Assembly (NCBI RefSeq): GCF_000196355.1
Contig: NC_007614.1
Span: 810,001-842,000, forward strand
DNA length: 32,000 nucleotides
Source: Nitrosospira multiformis ATCC 25196
Lineage (GTDB): Bacteria; Pseudomonadota; Gammaproteobacteria; Burkholderiales; Nitrosomonadaceae
Reading direction: 5' to 3'
A model generated the notes under the pieces. It did no database searches. It was not told where the DNA came from and saw only the letters and a list, made by a program, of their open reading frames with translations. Made by a program: the position numbers and the translations under genes. Below, piece by piece: positions 19,681-30,164 of this stretch; the first letter of the stretch is position 1, and every line of letters begins with the position of its first letter.

Positions 19681-21921
19681 TTATCCGTCGGTGTTGATTG
19701 CAGGCAGATCAGTATGAACGAAAATGAGCCCGGCAAGCGGCGGCAGGGTGATAACAATTGAATCCATCCGTTCCATGGAAGGCTGGCCGGTGGTGCGGAT
19801 ACTTCCCATGTTACCGAGATCGCTGCCCCCATAGTAACGAGAATCGCTATTGAAGATTTCCTGATAGCTTCCCGATGTGGGCACCCCGATGCGGTAACGG
19901 TAGCGTGGCACCGGCGTAAAATTGAGTACCACCAGAGCAAACGAACCGTTTCGTGCAAAGCGCAGATAACTGATCACAGAGTTATCCGCGTCGTGACAAT
20001 CCACCCACGAAAAGCCTTCCGGCTCGAAATCACGTTGATGCAGTGCGGCGACGGCACTGTACAGTTGGTTGAGGTCTCGCGCTGCCATTTTTACTCCCTC
20101 ATGCCAGCCATCGCCTAACTGATACCAGTCGAGTTCGCGCGATGAATTCCACTCACGCCCCTGGGCAAATTCATTCCCCATGAAGTTGAGTTTTTTCCCG
20201 GGATATGTCATCTGATAGGTAAACAGCAGGCGCAGGTTGGCGAATTGTTGCCATGCATCTCCAGGCATCTTGCCCAGAAGCGAACCTTTGCCGTGAACCA
20301 CTTCATCATGGGAGAACGGCAGCACAAAGTTTTCGCTGTATGCGTATAACTGCCCGAACGTCAACTGCTCATGATGGAAACGCCGGTAGACGGGATCATT
20401 GCGCATATACACCAGAGTGTCGTTCATCCAGCCCATGTTCCACTTCATGGAAAAACCCAGCCCGCCGACATAAGTCGGACGGGATACACCCGGCCATGCA
20501 GTGGATTCCTCGGCAAGTGTCAGCGCCCCCGGAAATTCCTGATGCACCATGATATTCAGTTCACGCAGAAAATCGATGGCTTCCAGATTCTCCCTGCCTC
20601 CATATCTGTTGGGCAGCCATTCACCCGGAAGTCGCGAATAGTCGAGATAGAGCATGGAAGCGACAGCATCGACACGCAGCCCGTCAAGATGAAATTCCGA
20701 TAGCCAGTAGTGGGCGCTGGAAAGGAGAAACGATTTCACCTCATTGCGTCCGTAGTTGAAAATGTGCGTGCCCCAGTCCTGATGCAGTCCCATGCGTGGA
20801 TCCTCATGTTCATATAGGGCACTCCCATCGAATCGGGCCAGGGCGAAAGCATCCTGCGGAAAATGTGCGGGGACCCAGTCCAGGATTACACCGATTCCCT
20901 CCTGATGACAGGCGTTGATGAAAAATTTCAGGTCGTCCGATGTGCCGTAGCGACTGGTTGCGGCAAAATAACCCGTCGTCTGATAACCCCAGGATTCATC
21001 GAGGGGATGCTCCGAAATAGGGAGCAACTCGATATGCGTGTATCCCATTTCCCGCACATACGGGAGCAGGTGATCGGCAAGTTCCCGGTATGAATAAAAA
21101 CTTCCGTTCGCGTGCCGTTTCCATGACCCGGCATGAACTTCATAAATATTGAGCGGGGTGGCAAGCCAATCCCATACTGCGCGCTGAGCCATCCAGCGCG
21201 CGTCGCCCCATGTCATCCTGCTGGCGGATGGGGCACGGGCAGCAGTGCCGGGACGTACTTCATAATGGCGCGCATAAGGATCCGTTTTGAGAAGGATCGC
21301 GCCGGTATCCCGATTCCGGATTTCATATTTATAAAATGAATCCGTCGGCACGCCGGGGATAAACAATTCCCATACTCCGCTCGCGCCGTGGGAGACCATG
21401 GGATGGATACGTCCATCCCAGCGGTTAAAGCTTCCGACCACACTGACGCGCTCCGCATTCGGTGCCCAAACGGAAAAACGAACTCCGGCAACCCCTTCCA
21501 TTTCCACCAAATGAGAACCGAGCATCCTGTAAGCCTGATGCAAGCGGCCTTCGTTGAACAGATACAGGTCATGTTCCGAAACTTGTGGAGGGAACGCATA
21601 GGCGTCATAAATATCATACACATGTGCGGGTGCTTCGAAGGAAGCCTCTTCGATGCGTAGCTGATAAGGCAGAGGCAGGGGTATAAGTCCCCACCATTCA
21701 AAAACTCCGGCAGGATGGGCTCTTGTCATGCTTTCGAAACCGTCATCCGTGTTGATCCAGATGCTTGCAGCATGGGGATGGAAGGCGCGCACCACCCAAT
21801 GTCCATGTTCCACATGGGGGCCAAGGAAACTGAAAGGATCGTGCAGGCGTCCAGCCAGCAGGGCATGCAACCTAGGGTCTCGCTTGATGGAGGGGCGCTG
21901 TATTGTAGGATACGCTCGCAT
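19681..21921 (-). CDS. glgB: 1,4-alpha-glucan branching enzyme (GH13)
   Basis: [64 protein letters not shown] and [15 protein letters not shown]. The track ORF extends to 22092, but [34 protein letters not shown] (ATG at 21921) is the likely start. Confidence 0.95.
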   Translation of the reverse strand: MRAYPTIQRPSIKRDPRLHALLAGRLHDPFSFLGPHVEHGHWVVRAFHPHAASIWINTDDGFESMTRAHPAGVFEWWGLIPLPLPYQLRIEEASFEAPAHVYDIYDAYAFPPQVSEHDLYLFNEGRLHQAYRMLGSHLVEMEGVAGVRFSVWAPNAERVSVVGSFNRWDGRIHPMVSHGASGVWELFIPGVPTDSFYKYEIRNRDTGAILLKTDPYARHYEVRPGTAARAPSASRMTWGDARWMAQRAVWDWLATPLNIYEVHAGSWKRHANGSFYSYRELADHLLPYVREMGYTHIELLPISEHPLDESWGYQTTGYFAATSRYGTSDDLKFFINACHQEGIGVILDWVPAHFPQDAFALARFDGSALYEHEDPRMGLHQDWGTHIFNYGRNEVKSFLLSSAHYWLSEFHLDGLRVDAVASMLYLDYSRLPGEWLPNRYGGRENLEAIDFLRELNIMVHQEFPGALTLAEESTAWPGVSRPTYVGGLGFSMKWNMGWMNDTLVYMRNDPVYRRFHHEQLTFGQLYAYSENFVLPFSHDEVVHGKGSLLGKMPGDAWQQFANLRLLFTYQMTYPGKKLNFMGNEFAQGREWNSSRELDWYQLGDGWHEGVKMAARDLNQLYSAVAALHQRDFEPEGFSWVDCHDADNSVISYLRFARNGSFALVVLNFTPVPRYRYRIGVPTSGSYQEIFNSDSRYYGGSDLGNMGSIRTTGQPSMERMDSIVITLPPLAGLIFVHTDLPAINTDG

Positions 21922-21985
21922 GTATCGATTATAACGTGGATAGTCAGGGTAGCGAGGGCGGCAACTGCATACGAGCAGGACCGAT

Positions 21986-22150
21986 TTACACAATGGGCGC
22001 GAGATTTTTGCCAAGAAACTGCGAGAGCAGAGCGTGGAGCTGGAAGCAACGCTGCAGTTTTCGCGGGGCATCGTCAGGAAGGTCGAACGCAATATTGCCT
22101 GTCATATGGCAAAGGGCAGAGAGAATATGTTCAAGTTCGCGCTCAGTCAT
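21986..22150 (-). CDS. possible small ORF (54 aa) upstream of glgB
   Basis: [54 protein letters not shown]. Protein-like composition, same strand as glgB, weak ribosome binding site. Confidence 0.25.
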   Translation of the reverse strand: MTERELEHILSALCHMTGNIAFDLPDDAPRKLQRCFQLHALLSQFLGKNLAPIV

Positions 22151-22306
22151 GATGCACTGGAGCAGGCCTTGCATTGCCGGTGGCGCATATCGTTGTCCAT
22201 TTTCACTGCATACGCGCAGCGTGTTCCGTGCTGCGGGAGTTTTCCAAATCGGGGCTGCGTCAGTCCGGGCAATTGCGAGCCTTCTCGGATTTGGGATCGT
22301 CTCTTT

Positions 22307-22528
22307 TTAATGATCAGTACATAAGTAGGAGAGAACGTTGTCGTCCTGCTCTAGCATTTCTTCCAAGTGGGCCGCGTTCTCTTCTTTCACGTCGATAAAC
22401 GCCAGATCATGCTTACCGTTATAGCGCTGGACCGCATCTCGCCACGAGCCGTCGCATGCAAGGGCTAGAGCATTTACTGCAAAAGACTTCTGATTGTTGG
22501 CGAAGATGATTTTGTAGCTTCTGGCCAC
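22307..22528 (-). CDS. small conserved-looking hypothetical protein (73 aa)
   Basis: GTG start preceded on the minus strand by AGAGGAGA. MARSYKIIFANNQKSFAVNALALACDGSWRDAVQRYNGKHDLAFIDVKEENAAHLEEMLEQDDNVLSYLCTDH has plausible protein composition. Confidence 0.65.
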   Translation of the reverse strand: MARSYKIIFANNQKSFAVNALALACDGSWRDAVQRYNGKHDLAFIDVKEENAAHLEEMLEQDDNVLSYLCTDH

Positions 22529-22853
22529 TTTGCTTCTCCTCTTGATTTGGCTTGGTTAATCGGTTGCTGCAGGATTCACACTGCACAGGAACATGATTGT
22601 TGTCCCAGGAGGGAAAGAGGGATATTTTAGGAGCGGAGAGATGTCCAAAATCGCGCTAACAGCTTATCGCGCATCCCTGCACAATAATTTTTTCGCTATG
22701 CTATTTTAGCCCGTTCCGCAATGACTTTGGCAATCTCAGGCTTGGCCTGGGGGCACTCCATGAGAGGAGCAGGCGGAGAAGAAACAGTCAGGCCAGACAA
22801 GGCGCTTGCGCTTCCTTCAATTTAGCTGCAGAAAACTGCTGCAACTGCAGTAA

Positions 22854-22859
22854 TATAAT
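22854..22859 (+). promoter_or_regulatory. candidate -10 element (TATAAT) upstream of glgC
   Basis: Perfect TATAAT 43 bp before the glgC ATG, with no obvious -35. Directly preceded by CTGCAG / CTGCTGCA / CTGCAG repeats (22826-22850). Confidence 0.4.
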
Positions 22860-22901
22860 GATAAAAGAGTCGCCCATGCGACAATTCAAGGGAGGTTGTG
22901 A

Positions 22902-24179
22902 ATGAAATTGCCGGCTGACTTGCGCTCTTATAGCCAGATCACACGTAATTCAATAGCAATGATACTGGCCGGCGGCCGTGGCACCCGGCTGCGGCAGTTG
23001 ACCGATTGGCGGGCGAAACCTGCGGTTCCTTTCGGCGGCAAGTTTCGTATCATCGATTTCCCTCTTTCAAATTGCGTGAATTCCGGTATTCGCCGCATTG
23101 GTGTCGCAACGCAATACAAGGCGCAAAGCCTGATCAGCCATATCCAGCAGGGATGGGGGTTTCTTGACGGACGGTTTCAGGAATTCATCGAACTGTTGCC
23201 GGCACAACAGAGAACCGAAGAAAGCTGGTATCAGGGAACAGCGGATGCCGTATACCAGAATATAGACATCCTGCGGAGTCATAATCCGGATTACGTACTG
23301 ATCCTGGGCGGCGATCACGTCTACAAAATGGATTATGCCAAATTGCTGGCCGATCACATTGCGAAATCCGCCGAGATGACCATTGCCTGTATCGATCTTC
23401 CTCTGGAAGAGGCGAGTGCTTTCGGAGTCATGAGTGTAACCAAGGACGGAAGGGTGACAGATTTCACCGAAAAGCCTTCAGTTCCCACAGCGGTTCCAGG
23501 TCGTCCGGGCTATGCACTTGTCAGCATGGGAATATACGTTTTCAACGCTGATTTTCTTTTCGATCAGTTGATACGTGATCACGACGATCCGAACTCGTCG
23601 CATGATTTCGGCAAGGATCTGATCCCGCATCTTGTTCCACGGAGCCGTGTGTTCACCCACCGCTTCTCGGACAGTTGCGTGAACATGGTTTCTGGCGTAC
23701 CGTATTGGCGCGACGTGGGGACAGTCGAGGCGTATTGGGAAGCCAATCTCGACCTGGTTCAGGTGACGCCCGATCTGAACCTGTATGATCAGGACTGGCC
23801 TATCTGGACGCACCAGGAGCAGCTACCTCCGGCCAAATTTGTCTTTGATAATGATGATCGGCGAGGGCAGGCGCTGGATTCCATGGTTTCCGGAGGTTGC
23901 ATTATCAGCGGGGCAACCGTGCGCCGCTCGCTATTGTTTTCCAATGTGCAGGTGCGAAGTTACAGCGTGCTTGAAGACTCGGTGATATTGCCGAACGTGG
24001 ATGTAGGTCGAAACGCACGGTTGAGGCGGGTAGTGGTCGACAAGAACTGCATCATTCCTCCCGGTCTGGAGGTGGGATTTGATCCGGTGGAAGACAGAAA
24101 GCATTTTTATGTGACGGAAACGGGTGTTACGCTTGTCACTCCGGAAATGCTGGGGCAAAAGATACATTACGTAAGATAA
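22902..24179 (+). CDS. glgC: glucose-1-phosphate adenylyltransferase (ADP-glucose pyrophosphorylase)
   Basis: 425 aa ORF with [59 protein letters not shown], and [30 protein letters not shown] upstream of the ATG. Confidence 0.97.
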   Translation: MKLPADLRSYSQITRNSIAMILAGGRGTRLRQLTDWRAKPAVPFGGKFRIIDFPLSNCVNSGIRRIGVATQYKAQSLISHIQQGWGFLDGRFQEFIELLPAQQRTEESWYQGTADAVYQNIDILRSHNPDYVLILGGDHVYKMDYAKLLADHIAKSAEMTIACIDLPLEEASAFGVMSVTKDGRVTDFTEKPSVPTAVPGRPGYALVSMGIYVFNADFLFDQLIRDHDDPNSSHDFGKDLIPHLVPRSRVFTHRFSDSCVNMVSGVPYWRDVGTVEAYWEANLDLVQVTPDLNLYDQDWPIWTHQEQLPPAKFVFDNDDRRGQALDSMVSGGCIISGATVRRSLLFSNVQVRSYSVLEDSVILPNVDVGRNARLRRVVVDKNCIIPPGLEVGFDPVEDRKHFYVTETGVTLVTPEMLGQKIHYVR

Positions 24180-24223
24180 TAGAAACGGAGCTGGATAAGG
24201 TTGATCAAACAGGTGTGCGAGAT

Positions 24224-25924
24224 ATGCAACCAGTACAATTAGTCTTGCTGTGGCACATGCATCAGCCGGATTATCGCAATTACGAGACCGGCGAATTCAT
24301 GCTCCCATGGGTATACCTGCATGCGATCAAGGATTACAGCGATATGGCTGCTCACCTTGAGGCTCATCCCCACATGAAGGCGGTGGTCAATTTCGTGCCG
24401 GTATTGCTCGATCAGCTCGAGGACTATGCCACCCAGTTTGCTTCCGGAGAGATCCGGGATCCGCTGTTGCGGTTGCTGGCTATCCCCAGCCTGGATGACG
24501 TTTCCGAAGAAGATCGGTTACGCGCCTTCGACAGTTGTTTTCGCAGCAATCATCTGACCATGATGCAGCCATATCCCGCGTACAAACGCCTGTACGACAT
24601 CCATGAAATGTTGAGGGAATACGGAGATGGGGAATTGACCTATCTTTCCGGCCAGTATCTTGCGGATCTGCTTGTCTGGTATCACCTGGCTTGGACGGGT
24701 GAAAGTGTGCGGCGAAGCAGTGAGGTTGTGATCCAGTTGATGACCCAGGCGAAGGGTTTCAGCTATGCAGACCGAATGCAGTTGCTCGATGTGATCGGAG
24801 AGGTTGTGCAGGGCTTGATTCCTCGTTATCGCAAGTTGGTGGAGTCGGGGCAGATCGAGCTTTCCACCACACCGCATTACCATCCGCTCGCACCCTTGCT
24901 GATCGATTTTTCATCCGCTCGCGAAAGTGTGCCGGGTTCGGCTCTGCCGATCGAACCGGTTTATCCCGGCGGGCGGAGCCGCGTCGCATCCCAACTGGTT
25001 TCCGCCATTGAAAGCCATGCCGCGCGTTTTGGCGCAAGACCCGAGGGAGTATGGCCGGCGGAAGGAGCGGTATCGGCACCGCTACTTGAGATACTGGGTG
25101 AAAAAGGTTGCCAGTGGTGCGCCAGTGGCGAAGGGGTGCTGGCGAACAGTTTGCGTCACTCCTATCCGGGCGAGCCTCTGCCGGAGAGGAGCCGCTTTCT
25201 TTACCGGCCATATCGGGTTGACGGCAAATCAGGCGATGTCATTTGCTTCTTCCGGGACGAGAAGTTGTCGGACATGATCGGTTTCGAATATGCCAAGTGG
25301 TTTGGTCGGGACGCTGCCGAGCACCTGGTGCGATCTCTGGAGGAGATCGGGCACAGCGCATTGCCGGGAGAGAAACCGGTGGTGAGCGTGATTCTCGACG
25401 GTGAGAATGCCTGGGAATACTATCCTTACAATGGATATTATTTCCTCAATGATCTGTACGAAATTCTGGAAAACCATCCTTCCATCCATTCCACGACCTA
25501 TCGCGACTATATCGCGTCCGAGAACGAGAAGGAAGCGGCCCGCCTGCCGCTTCTGACCGCCGGCAGCTGGGTGTATGGAACTTTCTCCACCTGGATCGGG
25601 GATCGGGACAAGAACCGTGCGTGGGATCTGCTGAGCGCCGCCAAGCACAGTTATGATCTTGTCATGCAAAGTGGGCGCCTGACCCCTGACGAAAGAAAGA
25701 AAGCGGAGCGGCAGCTTGCGTCCTGCGAAAGCTCCGACTGGTTCTGGTGGTTGGGGGACTATAATCCGCCTTACGCGGTATCGAGCTTCGACCAGTTATT
25801 CCGCGACAATCTTGCCAATCTTTATGTCCTGCTGAAATTGCCCGTACCCATTTCCATCACTGAGCCAATCAGCCACGGAGGAGGAGTGCATGAAACGAGT
25901 GGTGCGATGCGGCGTGCTTCCTGA
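24224..25924 (+). CDS. glycoside hydrolase family 57 protein (alpha-amylase / glucanotransferase-like)
   Basis: LVLLWHMHQPDYRNYETGEFMLPWVYLHAIKDYSDMAAHL, GVWPAEGAVS, VSVILDGENAWEYYPYNGYYFL and ESSDWFWWLGDYN are characteristic of GH57. The track ORF starts at a GTG (24215); ATG 24224 preferred. Confidence 0.92.
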   Translation: MQPVQLVLLWHMHQPDYRNYETGEFMLPWVYLHAIKDYSDMAAHLEAHPHMKAVVNFVPVLLDQLEDYATQFASGEIRDPLLRLLAIPSLDDVSEEDRLRAFDSCFRSNHLTMMQPYPAYKRLYDIHEMLREYGDGELTYLSGQYLADLLVWYHLAWTGESVRRSSEVVIQLMTQAKGFSYADRMQLLDVIGEVVQGLIPRYRKLVESGQIELSTTPHYHPLAPLLIDFSSARESVPGSALPIEPVYPGGRSRVASQLVSAIESHAARFGARPEGVWPAEGAVSAPLLEILGEKGCQWCASGEGVLANSLRHSYPGEPLPERSRFLYRPYRVDGKSGDVICFFRDEKLSDMIGFEYAKWFGRDAAEHLVRSLEEIGHSALPGEKPVVSVILDGENAWEYYPYNGYYFLNDLYEILENHPSIHSTTYRDYIASENEKEAARLPLLTAGSWVYGTFSTWIGDRDKNRAWDLLSAAKHSYDLVMQSGRLTPDERKKAERQLASCESSDWFWWLGDYNPPYAVSSFDQLFRDNLANLYVLLKLPVPISITEPISHGGGVHETSGAMRRAS

Positions 25925-25943
25925 GTAGTCCTGCTTTTATTCC

Positions 25944-26020
25944 TTGCTTCTATTCCTGCTGGGAAGCAAAGCGGGGAAGGTTTTTCGAAGCGGCGCGATG
26001 CCAATCCATTCCCCGCTTTT
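25944..26020. terminator. inverted-repeat cluster between convergent genes, candidate (bidirectional) terminator
   Basis: TTGCTTC (25944-25950)/GAAGCAA (25963-25969), and a perfect 10-bp AAGCGGGGAA (25969-25978)/TTCCCCGCTT (26009-26018) followed by TT. The second loop is long (30 nt). Confidence 0.35.
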
Positions 26021-26083
26021 GAGATTCATGCTCTACGCGTCAGGTTTACTGCCCTGCAGCGGCCTTAAATAACACCGCGGACT

Positions 26084-26497
26084 TCAGCAATGCTCGTTTT
26101 TTGTCGGAGGGATGCAGAATGTATCTTCCGCGAGCTGTATTGCCATTCCCCGATAGGATTCGGCTTCCTTGATATGGGCCTTTGCGGCATTGTCGTATTT
26201 GCGTGCCAAGGCATGAGCATGCCCTTGCAGATCTTGAGCTTGCCTTCCATAGAGATAGCTTTTAGCCTTGTACTGCTCAAGCAGCCGTTTTTGCTCCTGC
26301 GCTTTGGTTTGCATTTCCTTTGCTGCATCTTCGTGGTTCTTTGCTCTGGCCTCATAATCATTCAGAGTTATAGCATTATGAATCTTCTTGGCATCCGCAT
26401 CCTCCGTCGCTTCTGCAAATGAAACCGCTGTCGTCAACAATGCGGTCACAATAGCAAAAATATATGAAACAGCAACGAGCTTTGCTTTTTTCATCAT
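26084..26497 (-). CDS. small exported hypothetical protein, Ala/Lys/Gln-rich and helical
   Basis: Signal-peptide-like MMKKAKLVAVSYIFAIVTALLTTAVSFA followed by a helical, charged domain (YEARAKNHEDAAKEMQTKAQEQKRLLEQYKAKSYLYGRQAQDLQGHAHALARKYDNAAKAH). The track ORF extends to 26518. Confidence 0.75.
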   Translation of the reverse strand: MMKKAKLVAVSYIFAIVTALLTTAVSFAEATEDADAKKIHNAITLNDYEARAKNHEDAAKEMQTKAQEQKRLLEQYKAKSYLYGRQAQDLQGHAHALARKYDNAAKAHIKEAESYRGMAIQLAEDTFCIPPTKNEHC

Positions 26498-27022
26498 TGT
26501 TCCCTTCTTGGTAATCAATCGGTTAATTGTGATTTTTTTGTTATGTTTTTGTTATTTTAAAGTGAAAACAGCTTTTTGCCCATCAAGTTCCTCCAGGTAA
26601 TTTTTCTCGATGGGGAATTCGAGACTTGTTGTTGGCCTTTTTGGATTGAGGACAACAGGGGGCAGGGAGAGCCAGAAAAATAGCCTGACGATTAAAAATC
26701 TACAAAGGAACTGTATAGCCGAGATGAAATAACCTTTCATCAGTCATCCACAAAGCAATCTCCGCATTTCCGCCACTCCCTTCTCCTGCCCGGCAATCGT
26801 CTCTTGCAGGAGCAGATGCCAGTCAGTAATACACCTTTCCTTCTCCTTTTCCATATCCGGCAGACTCTCCCGAGTCCAGCCCTATCCGGTGACAGGGCAG
26901 AGTGAGGCCACAGGTCTTAAACCCATGATTGCAGTATGGTTCGGGGTCTTGGGGGTTATAGTGGTGTTCATAAAATTTCTGGTAAAATTGCGGATTCTCC
27001 AAGAGCTCAGCAAGGATCTGTC

Positions 27023-27346
27023 ATGACTTATGTAGTAACTGAAAGTTGTATCAAATGCAAATACACGGATTGCGTAGATGTGTGTCCAGTGGATTGCTTT
27101 CGGGAAGGGCCCAATTTTCTGGTGATTGATCCTGACGAGTGCATCGACTGCACTTTGTGTGTAGCTGAGTGCCCGGTAGAGGCTATTTACTCTGAGGACG
27201 ATGTGCCGGGAACTCAGCAGCATTTCATTGCACTCAATGCCGAATTATCCAAATCCTGGAAACCTATCATCGAGAAAAAGGATGCGCTGCCTGATGCCGA
27301 CGATTGGGCAAAAGTGACGGAAAAACTGGAAAAGCTGGAACGCTGA
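27023..27346 (+). CDS. fdxA: 7Fe (3Fe-4S/4Fe-4S) ferredoxin
   Basis: [62 protein letters not shown] is close to Azotobacter-type FdI/FdxA. The track ORF is over-extended upstream (26936). Confidence 0.96.
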   Translation: MTYVVTESCIKCKYTDCVDVCPVDCFREGPNFLVIDPDECIDCTLCVAECPVEAIYSEDDVPGTQQHFIALNAELSKSWKPIIEKKDALPDADDWAKVTEKLEKLER

Positions 27347-27371
27347 TTCAATAGCGGTGGCTTGCCGCGGC

Positions 27372-30164
27372 ATGTCTGCCATTCCTCATTCTCTACAAAT
27401 TCCTTTCCCCGAAGTTGTTGTAAACCGTATCGCCGGATTGAAAGCCGGCGATACGGTGGTGACTCCCAACACGCGGCTCGCCATCACCCTCAGGCGCGAG
27501 TTCGATCGAATCCAGGCAGCGCAAGGAATTTCTGCCTGGGCTGCAGCCGACATTCTGCCCGTTTCCGCATTTATCGAGCGCATCTACGAAGATGCGCTTT
27601 ATTCCACTCATGCATCTCATCTGCCCCAGCTGCTTACATCTGCACAGGAGCAGTTCTTGTGGGAGGAGGTTGTCGTCCAATCGGCCGCTCCCCTCTTGCT
27701 CTCGGTGGCAGAAAGCGCACGGTTGGCCCGGGAGGCGTGGAGGCTGGCCCATGAGTGGCAGTTGCTCCCCCGGTTCGGGAAATTCGTGTTGAACGAGGAT
27801 TGCAGGGCATTCAGCGCCTGGTCGCATCGCTATAAAAATGTAACCCGCAAGGCTCGTCAGATCGACCATGCACGTCTTTGCACGCTTGTAACCGGGTTGT
27901 GCGGTTCCCCTGGTATCGCGATTCCGCAACGCCTGATTTGTTATGGTTTCGACAGCGTTACGCCGCAGTGGGCTGCGCTGCTGGCAAAGCTTGAGGAAGC
28001 GGGTTGCGAGGTCGATGAGATGACACGAACCGATCCGGCCGCGCACCGCTTCGAAGTGCCGTACTCCCCAAACCGGACTGTGCACCGGGTGGAATGTGAC
28101 GTCAGCAATGACGAGATTTATCAGGCCGCGGTGTGGGCGCGGGCCCGAATCGAGAAGGATAGCACGGCTCGCGTCGGCATAGTGGTCCCCCCGCTTTCGG
28201 AGTACCGGAGTAGCCTCGTACGAATCTTTAGCTCGGTGATGGATCCGGATGTCCGTCAAGCCCTTCCCGGCGTACCGCGGCATATGCCATTCAACATATC
28301 CCTGGGCGTTGCGCTGAGTTCGTATCCGCTGGTACATACTGCATTCCTTGTGCTTGAGCTTATCCAGGGAGAAATCGAGTTCGAGCGTGCAAGCCTCTTG
28401 TTACGATCTCCCTTCCTGGCGGGAGCGGAGACTGAAATGCTTCCCCGCGCACGGCTGGATGCAAAATTGCGCAAGCGTGCCGAACCTGTGATTACACTCG
28501 AACGCCTGCTTGTACTGGTAAAGCGTGAAAACAACGCGAACTGTCCCCTCCTCGTGAAGCTGTTGTGGGACTGCGAAAAGTTCTGCAAAAAAATGTCGAC
28601 AGATGTGCAGCGCCCTTCCACGCTGGCAAGAGCAATTTCCGATATCCTGCAGCTCGTCGGATTTCCAGGTGAAAGAGCTCCTGACTCTTCAGAATATCAG
28701 ACGCTCAAAAAATGGCAGGACGTCCTCGCGGGTTTAGCCCTGCTTGATAACGTTACCATCGGCATGAGCTATCGCCAGGCTATCTCACATCTGCGCGGGG
28801 TGGCTGCCGATACCTTGTTTCAGCCGGAGACGCCGGATGTTCCCATCCAGATACTCGGGGTCTTTGAAGCTGGCGGAATGATGTTCGATCATCTCTGGGT
28901 GATGGGATTATCGGATGAGGCCTGGCCGCTGCAACCACGCCCGAACCCGTTCCTGCCGATCGAGCTGCAGCGCGCCGAAAGACTGCCCCTGGGCTCTCCG
29001 GCAGCCACTCTCGAACTTGCGTCCCGTTTTACGGAGGGATGGCTGGCCGCATCGAAGGAAGTTATTCTGAGTCACGCGCGGCATAGCGGAAGCAGTGATA
29101 CACGTGAGCTGGCGCCAAGTCCGTTGATCGCACATATTGCTACCAGCGATATCAGGCTTTTCGGTCTGCTTCCGGATTATGTGAAACATCGCGATCTGAT
29201 TCATCAGGGACGCCGACTTGAGCGAATAAAGGATGAGCCGGCGCCCGGGATAGTCTCTGGCAAAGGAGGAGAGGGCAGAGCCCGCGGCGGGGTGGCGGTG
29301 ATAAAAGACCAGGCCGCCTGTCCATTCCGCGCGTTGGCGCTACATCGTTTGCATGCGGAAGGTTTGAAGACGCCTCATCCTGGACTTGATGCGGGAGAGC
29401 GCGGCACGCTGGTTCACGAGATGCTTGCCCAGGTATGGGAGCGGATCAAGAATAAGAGCGCACTCGACGCTTTGGCTGAGGACGAGTTGAGAACGCTGCT
29501 GACCAGTGCCGCGGGGGAAGTCATTGCACGCATGAGCGCGAGGCATTCACATACTTTGTCAGAACGTCTTGCCCGGGTCGAGCAGCGGCGGCTGGTAAGA
29601 TTGGCCCGAGAATGGCTCGAAGAAGAGAGGAAGCGAGGCGATTTCACTGTAGTTTCCACCGAGGCTAGAAAGAGCATCGAAATCGGCGGGCTTGCATTGG
29701 ACACCCGGCTGGATCGTGTGGATGAACTCGCCGACGGTCGCCGGATTGTCATCGACTACAAAACACGGGCGCCTTCCGTGAACGCGATGCTGGGGGAGCG
29801 CCCGGACGAGCCTCAACTGCCGCTCTATCTTGTGGCCGCTGAGGTGAACGCTGCAGCCATTGCCTTTGCGCAAGTCAGGGCCGGGGAAATGCGGTACACC
29901 GCGCTTGCCCGCGACAACGATCTTTTACCGGACGTAAAAGGGTTTGCGCAATCACGCCATATTGATCGATATGACTCGTGGGAAGCGCTCGTCGCAGCGT
30001 GGTTTGAGGCTCTTGTAAGCGTCGTTACCGATTTTTCCAACGGTCATTCGCAAGTCGACCCCAAGAAATATCCACAGACCTGTCGTACATGCGATGTTCA
30101 GCCCTTATGTCGCATTTACGAGCGCGCAGCCACGGATTTCACCGCGCAAGGGGAGGAAGAATGA
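27372..30164 (+). CDS. PD-(D/E)XK nuclease-family DNA repair protein (AddB-like, probable Fe-S nuclease)
   Basis: About 930 aa ORF with an inactive-helicase-like N-terminus and C-terminal nuclease GERGTLVHEMLAQVW, LDTRLDRVDELADGRRIVIDYKTRAP. Candidate Fe-S cysteines are DQAACPFRALALHRL (codon at 29319) and CRTCDVQPLC (30081-30110). The track ORF starts at GTG 27357. Confidence 0.85.
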   Translation: MSAIPHSLQIPFPEVVVNRIAGLKAGDTVVTPNTRLAITLRREFDRIQAAQGISAWAAADILPVSAFIERIYEDALYSTHASHLPQLLTSAQEQFLWEEVVVQSAAPLLLSVAESARLAREAWRLAHEWQLLPRFGKFVLNEDCRAFSAWSHRYKNVTRKARQIDHARLCTLVTGLCGSPGIAIPQRLICYGFDSVTPQWAALLAKLEEAGCEVDEMTRTDPAAHRFEVPYSPNRTVHRVECDVSNDEIYQAAVWARARIEKDSTARVGIVVPPLSEYRSSLVRIFSSVMDPDVRQALPGVPRHMPFNISLGVALSSYPLVHTAFLVLELIQGEIEFERASLLLRSPFLAGAETEMLPRARLDAKLRKRAEPVITLERLLVLVKRENNANCPLLVKLLWDCEKFCKKMSTDVQRPSTLARAISDILQLVGFPGERAPDSSEYQTLKKWQDVLAGLALLDNVTIGMSYRQAISHLRGVAADTLFQPETPDVPIQILGVFEAGGMMFDHLWVMGLSDEAWPLQPRPNPFLPIELQRAERLPLGSPAATLELASRFTEGWLAASKEVILSHARHSGSSDTRELAPSPLIAHIATSDIRLFGLLPDYVKHRDLIHQGRRLERIKDEPAPGIVSGKGGEGRARGGVAVIKDQAACPFRALALHRLHAEGLKTPHPGLDAGERGTLVHEMLAQVWERIKNKSALDALAEDELRTLLTSAAGEVIARMSARHSHTLSERLARVEQRRLVRLAREWLEEERKRGDFTVVSTEARKSIEIGGLALDTRLDRVDELADGRRIVIDYKTRAPSVNAMLGERPDEPQLPLYLVAAEVNAAAIAFAQVRAGEMRYTALARDNDLLPDVKGFAQSRHIDRYDSWEALVAAWFEALVSVVTDFSNGHSQVDPKKYPQTCRTCDVQPLCRIYERAATDFTAQGEEE

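Noticed and set aside
19451-19761. Small ORFs (88 aa and 63 aa, +; 96 aa, -) between glgA and glgB
   Set aside because: They overlap the ends of glgA or glgB or lack ribosome sites. Composition is consistent with chance ORFs.
26519-27022. Possible decayed gene or ncRNA in the region before fdxA
   Set aside because: Short open stretches such as ...TDWHLLLQETIAGQEKGVAEMRRLLCG on the minus strand are too short and lack a start or family signal to support a pseudogene call.
27393-28337. 314-aa minus-strand ORF opposite the AddB-like gene
   Set aside because: Shadow of a GC-rich coding strand. The sense protein is continuous and has a recognisable C-terminal nuclease.
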